From: Macrostomum hystrix
Lineage: Eukaryota; Animalia; Platyhelminthes
DNA length: 64,000 nucleotides
Reading direction: 5' to 3'
NCBI GenBank assembly: GCA_950097015.1
Contig: CATNEN010000007.1
Location: 1,984,001 to 2,048,000 of the forward strand
Below the pieces are notes generated by a model. The model ran no database searches. It was not told the origin of the DNA and saw only the letters and a program-made list of their open reading frames with translations. Positions within the stretch are counted from its first letter, which is position 1. The number at the start of each line of letters is the position of its first letter. The position numbers and the translations under genes were made by a program. Positions 35,413-64,000 of this stretch are shown here, one piece after another.

Positions 35413-38225
35413 AAAAGACACCCTGTTGTAGCAGAAGACACCCTGTTGTAGCAGAAGACACCTTGTTGTAGCAGAAGACACCCTGTTGTAGCAGAAGACA
35501 CCCTGTTGTAGCAGAAGACACCCTGTTGTAGCAGAAGACACCCTGTTGTAGCAGAAGACACCCTGTTGTAGCAGAAGACACCCTGTTGTAGCAGAAGACA
35601 CCCTGTTGTAGCAGAAGACACCCTGCTGTAGCAGAACACACCCTGTTGTAGCAGAAGACACCCTGTTGTAGCAGAAGACACCCTGTTGTAGCAGAAGACA
35701 CCCTGTTGTAGCAGAAGACACCTTGTTGTAGCAGAAGACACCCTGTTGTAGCAGAAGACACCCTGTTGTAGCAGAAGACACCCTGTTGTAGCAGAAGACA
35801 CCCTGTTGTAGCAGAAGACACCCTGTTGTAGCAGAAGACACCCTGTTGTAGCAGAAGACACCCTGTTGTAGCAGAAGACACCCTGTTGTAGCAGAAGACA
35901 CCCTGTTGTAGCAGAAGACACCCTGTTGTAGCAGAAGACACCCTGTTGTAGCAGAAGACACCCTGTTGTAGCAGAAGACACCCTGTTGTAGCAGAAGACA
36001 CCCTGTTGTAGCAGAAGACACCCTGTTGTAGCAGAAGACACCCTGTTGTAGCAGAAGACAACCTGCTGTAGCAGAACACACCCTGTTGTAGCAGAAGACA
36101 CCCTGTTGTAGCAGAAGACACCCTGTTGTAGCAGAAGACACCCTGTTGTAGCAGAAGACACCCTGTTGTAGCAGAAGACACCCTGTTGTAGCAGAAGACA
36201 CCCTGTTGTAGCAGAAGACACCCTGTTGTAGCAGAAGACACCCTGTTGTAGCAGAAGACACCCTGTTGTAGCAGAAGACACCCTGTTGTAGCAGAAGACA
36301 CCCTGTTGTAGCAGAAGACACCCTGTTGTAGCAGAAGACACCCTGTTGTAGCAGAAGACACCCTGTTGTAGCAGAAGACACCCTGTTGTAGCAGAAGACA
36401 CCCTGTTGTAGCAGAAGACAACCTGCTGTAGCAGAACACACCCTGTTGTAGCAGAAGACACCCTGTTGTAGCAGAAGACACCCTGTTGTAGCAGAAGACA
36501 CCCTGTTGTAGCAGAAGACACCCTGTTGTAGCAGAAGACACCCTGTTGTAGCAGAAGACACCCTGCTGTAGCAGAACACACCCTGTTGTAGCAGAAGACA
36601 CCCTGTTGTAGCAGAAGACACCCTGTTGTAGCAGAAGACACCCTGTTGTAGCAGAAGACACCCTGTTGTAGCAGAAGACACCCTGTTGTAGCAGAAGACA
36701 CCCTGCTGTAGCAGAACACACCCTGTTGTAGCAGAAGACACCCTGTTGTAGCAGAAGACACCCTGTTGTAGCAGAAGACACCCTGTTGTAGCAGAAGACA
36801 CCCTGTTGTAGCAGAAGACACCCTGTTGTAGCAGAAGACACCCTGTTGTAGCAGAAGACACCCTGTTGTAGCAGAAGACACCCTGTTGTAGCAGAAGACA
36901 CCCTGTTGTAGCAGAAGACAACCTGCTGTAGCAGAACACACCCTGTTGTAGCAGAAGACACCCTGTTGTAGCAGAAGACACCCTGTTGTAGCAGAAGACA
37001 CCCTGTTGTAGCAGAAGACACCCTGTTGTAGCAGAAGACACCCTGTTGTAGCAGAAGACACCCTGCTGTAGCAGAACACACCCTGTTGTAGCAGAAGACA
37101 CCCTGTTGTAGCAGAAGACACCCTGTTGTAGCAGAAGACACCCTGTTGTAGCAGAAGACACCCTGTTGTAGCAGAAGACACCCTGTTGTAGCAGAAGACA
37201 CCCTGCTGTAGCAGAACACACCCTGTTGTAGCAGAAGACACCCTGTTGTAGCAGAAGACACCCTGTTGTAGCAGAAGACACCCTGTTGTAGCAGAAGACA
37301 CCCTGTTGTAGCAGAAGACACCCTGTTGTAGCAGAAGACACCCTGTTGTAGCAGAAGACACCCTGTTGTAGCAGAAGACACCCTGTTGTAGCAGAAGACA
37401 CCCTGTTGTAGCAGAAGACAACCTGCTGTAGCAGAACACACCCTGTTGTAGCAGAAGACACCCTGTTGTAGCAGAAGACACCCTGTTGTAGCAGAAGACA
37501 CCCTGTTGTAGCAGAAGACACCCTGTTGTAGCAGAAGACACCCTGTTGTAGCAGAAGACACCCTGCTGTAGCAGAACACACCCTGTTGTAGCAGAAGACA
37601 CCCTGTTGTAGCAGAAGACACCCTGTTGTAGCAGAAGACACCCTGTTGTAGCAGAAGACACCCTGTTGTAGCAGAAGACACCCTGTTGTAGCAGAAGACA
37701 CCCTGTTGTAGCAGAAGACACCCTGTTGTAGCAGAAGACACCCTGTTGTAGCAGAAGACAACCTGCTGTAGCAGAAGACACCCTGTTGTAGCAGAAGACA
37801 CCCTGTTGTAGCAGAAGACACCCTGTTGTAGCAGAAGACACCCTGTTGTAGCAGAAGACACCTTGTTGTAGCAGAAGACACCCTGTTGTAGCAGAAGACA
37901 CCCTGTTGTAGCAGAAGACACCCTGTTGTAGCAGAAGACACCCTGTTGTAGCAGAAGACACCCTGTTGTAGCAGAAGACACCCTGTTGTAGCAGAAGACA
38001 CCCTGCTGTAGCAGAACACACCCTGTTGTAGCAGAAGACACCCTGTTGTAGCAGAAGACACCCTGTTGTAGCAGAAGACACCCTGTTGTAGCAGAAGACA
38101 CCTTGTTGTAGCAGAAGACACCCTGTTGTAGCAGAAGACACCCTGTTGTAGCAGAAGACACACTGCAGAAGACACCCTGCAGAAGACACCCTGCAGAAGA
38201 CACCCTGCAGAAGACACCCTGTTGT
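35413..38225. repeat. 20-bp satellite (GAAGACACCCTGTTGTAGCA)n, ~138 copies, with a 14-bp tail
   Basis: Direct reading. Confidence 0.99.
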
Positions 38226-38804
38226 ATCAAAAAACTAACTGGTGTTACAGAAGACACCTTGTCAATCCCCAAACAATCTATTACTCTAGACTGTCTTATT
38301 TCAGAGGAAATCCTTGAGCATATTTGAGCACACGGGCCTTATATTGCGAATAACTCATTGAGTAAGTTGACGACTCGAAGCATCCCTCGAGGCAAGGCGG
38401 GCGCTGGTAATGAAACAGTCTTGCCCACACTGCAAGGCTAATAGCGATTTTTTAGGCGAGAATGAACAGCGGGCATCGCATATTTAGCTCATTTGCCAAC
38501 TATGAGTATATTCGCACCGTCTATTTAGGCTTTATTTACACTCGCATATTCCTGAATTTCAAGATGGACTTTACGCATCACGGGAATGTAAACTATTTCA
38601 ATTTTCTGGCCGCAATGCTGTGCAGGCTGTTGTTAAACTGCTTGAATGAATTCTGACAGAAGAAAATTTTTCATTTCAATTTCAAGCATCACAGAACTGC
38701 AATTGGAAAATCATATCAGGTTCACTTGTCGTCAGAACTATGAAAGCTTCTCTCCTTGCATTGCGGAGCCATTAGTAACTTTCAAGCTGCACTTCTAATG
38801 CTCT

Positions 38805-39755
38805 ACTGATCTAGTCTACTTCTCTACCCCTGATCTAGTCTACTTCTCTACCCCTGATCTAGTCTACTTCTCTACCACTGATCTAGTCTACTTCTCTACC
38901 ACTGATCTAGTCTACTTCTTTACCACTGATCTAGTCTACTTCTCTACCACTGATCTAGTCTACTTCTCTACCCCTGATCTAGTCTACTTCTCTACCACTG
39001 ATCTAGTCTACTTCTCTACCCCTGATCTAGTCTACTTCTCTACCACTGATCTAGTCTACTTCTCTATCCCTGAGCTAGTCTAATTCTCTACCCCTGATCT
39101 AGTCTACTTCTCTACCCCTGATCTAGTCTACTTCTCTACCCCTGATCTAGTCTACTTCTCTACCCCTGATCTAGTCTACTTCTCTACCACTGATCTAGTC
39201 TACTTCTCTACCCCTGATCTAGTCTAATTCTCTATCCCTGAGCTAGTCTACTTCTCTATCCCTGAGCTAGTCTAATTCTCTATCCCTGAGCTAGTCTACT
39301 TCTCTATCCCTGAGCTAGTCTACTTCTCTACCCCTGAGCTAGTCTACTTCTCTATCCCTGAGCTAGTCTACTTCTCTATCCCTGATCTAGTCTACTTCTC
39401 TATCCCTGAGCTAGTCTAATTCTCTACCCCTGATCTAGTCTACTTCTCTACCCCTGATCTAGTCTACTTCTCTACCACTGATCTAGTCTACTTCTCTACC
39501 CCTGATCTAGTCTACTTCTCTACCCCTGATCTAGTCTACTTCTCTACCACTGATCTAGTCTACTTCTCTACCCCTGATCTAGTCTACTTCTCTATCCCTG
39601 AGCTAGTCTACTTCTCTATCCCTGAGTTAGTCTACTTCTCTATCCCTGAGCTAGTCTAATTCTCTATCCCTGAGCTAGTCTACTTCTCTATCCCTGAGCT
39701 AGTCTACTTCTCTACCCCTGAGCTAGTCTACTTCTCTATCCCTGAGCTAGTCTAC
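38805..39755. repeat. 24-bp minisatellite TGATCTAGTCTACTTCTCTACCCC
   Basis: Period 24. Confidence 0.96.
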
Positions 39756-39902
39756 ATGTCCACCCTGATCTGACGCGTGTATCTTTGCAACGTATTTTGC
39801 ACCTGAAAATGTAATGTTTAGGTGCAGGTGCCCTAAGCCCAGACAGACAATCACGCAAAAGAGAAAAGGCGATCAAACAAGCGAATCCATCGCATAGCCT
39901 GT

Positions 39903-39916
39903 GTTGCTATGACAAC
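39903..39916. promoter_or_regulatory. RFX X-box
   Basis: GTTGCTATGACAAC fits the GTHNYY-AT-RRNAAC consensus exactly; GC box GGGCGGAGC at 40031 in the same unique island. Target gene unknown. Confidence 0.5.
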
Positions 39917-40465
39917 CAAACAGACTCAGCTAGTGATAGATGGCCGCTGAGGCATCGGAATGAAGGAAAACGCGAATGCGGAAATTATGCAAAGCCTGGC
40001 AAGCTGGTGCTAGCGCTATGCTAATGAAGTGGGCGGAGCCCTCCCGGGGCGACCGTCAACTTCCTCTCGCCAGCCGCGCAATGAAAACTCAGGGTGGGAG
40101 GTCGGGGCGCGAACTGCAAGCCGATACTCGTGGATCTCCGCATCAAGTTTTATCGGAATGATTCCAGCCACCCTCCATGCACACAAACCTGCCTTTCCTG
40201 TGCCGTATTTTCAATAGGGCGCGGACGGCAAGCAGCTCCTCCTTGGTTAGCGTGTTTGCTGTGGTTTTTGCTAATATTGCAACCGATACTGGTCTCACAC
40301 ACCGATATGTATGTGCCCTGAGCACACCTTCGATTTATTAGCACTCATGAGGCTTCCTTCCGACTCCACTCTGTTGATTCATCATTTTCTTCGTTTATTT
40401 TATTCGCGTTTTTACTTCAACGTTTATCATGTCAAAAATGTCCTTGGATTTGTGAGATAACTGTT

Positions 40466-42918
40466 AAAATGTCAGAGAAGTTCCTGGAATGTCAGAGAAG
40501 TTCCTGGAATGTCAGAGAAGTTCCTGGAATGTCACAGAAGTTCCTGGAATGTCAGAGAAGTTCCTGGAATGTCAGAGAAGTTCCTGGAATGCAAGAGAAG
40601 TTCCTGGAATGTCAGAGAAGTTCCTGGAATGCAAGAGAAGTTCCTGGAATGCCAGGGAAGTTACTGGAATGCCAGGGAAGTTACTGGAATGCCAGAGAAG
40701 TTCCTGGAATGCCATAGAAGTTCCTGGAATGTCAGAGAAGTTCCTGGAATGCCATAGAAGTTCCTGGAATGTCAGAGAAGTTCCTGGAATGTCAGAGAAG
40801 TTACTAGAATGTCATAGAAGTTCCTGGAATGTCAGAGAAGTTCCTGGAATGTCAGAGAAGTTCCTGGAATGTCAGAGAAGTTCCTGGAATGCCAGGGAAG
40901 TTACTGGAATGTCAGAGAAGTTCCTGGAATGTCAGAGAAGTTCCTGGAATGTCAGAGAAGTTCCTGGAATGTCAGAGAAGTTCCTGGAATGTCACAGAAG
41001 TTCCTGGAATGTCAGAGAAGTTCCTGGAATGTCAGAGAAGTTCCTTGAACGCAAGAGAAGTTCCTGGAATGTCAGAGAAGTTCCTGGAATGTCAGAGAAG
41101 TTCCTGGAATGTCAGAGAAGTTCCTGGAATGTCAGAGAAGTTCCTGGAATGTCAGAGAAGTTCCTGGAATGCAAGAGAAGTTCCTGGAATGTCAGAGAAG
41201 TTCCTGGAATGTCAGAGAAGTTCCTGGAATGTCAGAGAAGTTCCTGGAATGCAAGAGAAGTTCCTGGAATGCCAGGGAAGTTACTGGAATGCCAGAGAAG
41301 TTCCTGGAATGTCATAGAAGTTCCTGTAATGCCATAGAAGTTCCTGGAATGTCATAGAAGTTCCTGGAATGTCAGAGAAGTTCCTGGAATGCCAGAGAAG
41401 TTCCTGGAATGTCAGAGAAGTTCCTGGAATGCCAGAGAAGTTCCTGGAATGCCAGAGAAGTTCCTGGAATGTCAGAGAAGTTCCTGGAATGCCAGAGAAG
41501 TTCCTGGAATGTCATAGAAGTTCCTGGAATGTCAGAGAAGTTCCTGGAATGTCAGAGAAGTTCCTGGAATGTCAGAGAAGTTCCTGGAATGCAAGAGAAG
41601 TTCCTGGAATGTCAGAGAAGTTCCTGGAATGCAAGAGAAGTTCCTGGAATGCCAGGGAAGTTACTGGAATGCCAGGGAAGTTACTGGAATGCCAGAGAAG
41701 TTCCTGGAATGCCATAGAAGTTCCTGGAATGTCAGAGAAGTTCCTGGAATGTCAGAGAAGTTCCTGGAATGCCATAGAAGTTCCTGGAATGTCAGAGAAG
41801 TTCCTGGAATGTCAGAGAAGTTACTAGAATGTCATAGAAGTTCCTGGAATGTCAGAGAAGTTCCTGGAATGTCAGAGAAGTTCCTGGAATGTCAGAGAAG
41901 TTCCTGGAATGCCAGGGAAGTTACTGGAATGTCAGAGAAGTTCCTGGAATGTCAGAGAAGTTCCTGGAATGTCAGAGAAGTTCCTGGAATGTCAGAGAAG
42001 TTCCTGGAATGTCAGAGAAGTTCCTGGAATGCCAGAGAAGTTCCTGGAATGTCAGAGAAGTTCCTTGAACGCAAGAGAAGTTCCTGGAATGTCAGAGAAG
42101 TTCCTGGAATGTCAGAGAAGTTCCTGGAATGTCACAGAAGTTCCTGGAATGTCAGAGAAGTTCCTGGAATGTCAGAGAAGTTCCTGGAATGCAAGAGAAG
42201 TTCCTGGAATGTCAGAGAAGTTCCTGGAATGTCAGAGAAGTTCCTGGAATGTCAGAGAAGTTTCTGGAATGCAAGAGAAGTTCCTGGAATGCCAGGGAAG
42301 TTACTGGAATGCCAGAGAAGTTCCTGGAATGTCATAGAAGTTCCTGTAATGCCATAGAAGTTCCTGGAATGTCATAGAAGTTCCTGGAATGTCAGAGAAG
42401 TTCCTGGAATGCCAGAGAAGTTCCTGGAATGTCAGAGAAGTTCCTGGAATGCCAGAGAAGTTCCTGGAATGCCAGAGAAGTTCCTGGAATGTCAGAGAAG
42501 TTCCTGGAATGCCAGAGAAGTTCCTGGAATGTCATAGAAGTTCCTGGAATGTCAGAGAAGTTCCTGGAATGTCAGAGAAGTTCCTGGAATGTCAGAGAAG
42601 TTCCTGGAATGCAAGAGAAGTTCCTGGAATGCCAGGGAAGTTACTGGAATTCCAGAGAAGTTCCTGGAATGTCATAGAAGTTCCTGTAATGCCATAGAAG
42701 TTCCTGGAATGCCATAGAAGTTCCTGTAATGTCATAGAAGTTCCTGGAATGTCAGAGAAGTTCCTGGAATGCCAGAGAAGTTCCTGGAATGTCAGAGAAG
42801 TTCCTGGAATGCCAGAGAAGTTCCTGGAATGCCAGAGAAGTTCCTGGAATGTCAGAGAAGTTCCTGGAATGCCAGAGAAGTTCCTGGAATGCCAGAGAAG
42901 TTCCTGGAATGTCAGAGA
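40466..42918. repeat. 20-bp satellite (GAAGTTCCTGGAATGTCAGA)n, ~122 copies
   Basis: Direct reading. Confidence 0.99.
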
Positions 42919-43561
42919 AAGACCAAAAAAGTGAAACTTGCCAGTTCAGTAATCTTAGATTTAACTAATTGTGACAAACTAAAAGGTTAAAACATGTCAC
43001 AGTATATCAACAGTATATATATATTGTATTTGCATCCATTAGCGTAGACAGATTGAAGATTAATTTCTGATTAAAGCAATTGAACAAAGGTGTTTGGTGT
43101 TGGTTAATCTGCAGCAACACCCCTCGGACAGAACTAACAAATCACAACAAGAGCACTAAATATATTAATTAATGCGAAAGCTCACAAAAGTGACAAAGTG
43201 CAATGGGTCAATCAAATCGATAATTTATTTAACTAGTTCACAGCGCATCAAAGTGTGTCAATGGAGTGTCGACTGTCGGATAATCAGCCGGAACAAAATA
43301 AAAAACTAAATTAGCAAAATGAGACTGGAAGATGAGACAGACAGAGATGACCATACTGAGAAATATTTCGCTAAAACCAAAAAGGTTGAACACAGACAAT
43401 TTAAATAGAAATTTAATCACAGCAACAATGCGTGGATAACTAAAAACTAACTTTTAGGGTTAACTAGCTCTGACGAGAGTGACTGCAGTGGAAACATTTC
43501 GAAATAATTTTTGATTACAGAACTGACTAAAATACACAGACAGAGACAGGAATTGGCTTAC

Positions 43562-43862
43562 TGAAGGACCTGAGGGAAAGGGAGTGACAGCCAGCTGAAG
43601 GACACGAAGGATAGGGAGTGACAGCCAGCTGAAGGACACGAAGGATAGGGAGTGACAGCCAGCTGAAGGACATGAAGGATAGGGAGTGACAGCCAGCTAA
43701 AGGACCTGAGGGAAAGGGAGTGACAGCCAGCTGAAGGACCTGAGGGAAAGGGAGTGACAGCCAGCTGAAGGACCTGAGGGAAAGGGAGTGACAGCCAGCT
43801 GAAGGACCTGAGGGAAAGGGAGTGACAGCCAGCTGAAGGACCTGAGGGAAAGGGAGTGACAA
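43562..43862. repeat. 34-bp minisatellite
   Basis: GACAGCCAGCTGAAGGACCTGAGGGAAAGGGAGT. Confidence 0.94.
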
Positions 43863-44427
43863 AACCTTAAGTACCTGAAAGGAGGGTACAAGGATGGCAC
43901 AGGCCAGAAGAATGTTGTTGAAGAGTTCGCAATACTTCAGTTAAATTAGTTGCAGAAAAAATATTCTCAGTAAACAGCAATTACAACTGCGTATTAAGGT
44001 ATTTCACACGCAACTGAGACAACTTAGTGGAGAATGGACCAACCAGAGGAGGGCAGAACTATAACGCAGTAACGAAAAAGTTAGAAAAATAAAAAAACGA
44101 TTACAAACTAACTTGGAATGGAGTGCGAAGTGGCATTGCTTTGAATCAGAAACAAAAAAGAATAATAAATATTAGTAACATTGCTACAAACCGGGGTTAC
44201 AACTCAAAACAAAAATTCTCTTATGCATTTTTTCCCGGTAAATCTGTTACCCAAGAATGATAATAACAGAAAATATTTAACAGGTAAATTCAGACTGGAA
44301 TGGCGTTGACGGGACTGAAAGTTCCTAAGCATCATTTGACTGATAATTTGCGACATTATTGTGAGTTCAAAGGGAAATAGTTAATTAGATATTATAAGAA
44401 AGATAATTTCGGAAATTCCAGGGCAGA

Positions 44428-44578
44428 GCAGACTCTACTGTCCAGGTAGACTGACTACCAGACTCTACTGTCCAGGTAGACTGACTACCAGACTCTACTG
44501 TCCAGGTAGACTGACTACCAGACTCTACTGTCCAATTAGACTACCAGACTCTACTGTCCAGGTAGACTACCAGACTCA
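44428..44578. repeat. 30-bp repeat downstream of the NBEAL stop
   Basis: GACTCTACTGTCCAGGTAGACTGACTACCA. Confidence 0.9.
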
Positions 44579-44644
44579 AGCTCTGCCCTTTCTTATGTGC
44601 TCAAACACAGTCTCAATAGATTTGCAGAGTAAATCAGTCCCAGT

Positions 44645-64000
<19,356 letters not shown>

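Noticed and set aside
35367-38272. Three ~950-aa minus-strand ORFs
   Set aside because: They are translations of a stop-free 20-bp satellite in all three frames, with no splice context.
35413-42918. CRISPR-like regular arrays
   Set aside because: Head-to-tail units with no unique spacers, no cas genes, and a eukaryotic context.

Overview
Eukaryotic (metazoan) genomic DNA; by a rough hand tally about 55% of the window is tandem repeat. GC-rich exons with poly-Gly/Ala tracts and minisatellite-filled introns suggest a flatworm such as Macrostomum (inference only). Three protein-coding genes were reconstructed by hand with phase-consistent GT-AG splicing: (1) the 3' part of an unassigned WD40-repeat gene on + (9 exons 8073-13765, plus a probable exon end at 1-17); (2) an intronless-CDS rhodopsin-class, peptide-receptor-like GPCR on - (17302-18753); (3) the 3' part of a neurobeachin-like (NBEAL1/2) gene on - (11 exons, 44645 to the window end; PH-BEACH-WD40). 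Also present: an intact tRNA-Gly(TCC), two copies of a ~350-bp tRNA-derived SINE, two further tRNA-like heads and about 35 distinct tandem arrays. Best hunt results: a complete minimal type I hammerhead ribozyme at 29098-29134 with a decayed second copy 370 bp downstream (the pattern known from Penelope-like element termini); an orphan RFX X-box/GC-box promoter island near 39.9-40.1 kb that may drive the GPCR through long non-coding exons; and a different minisatellite in nearly every long intron, several with exact higher-order periodicities. Nearly all long ORFs in the supplied track are repeat artefacts.
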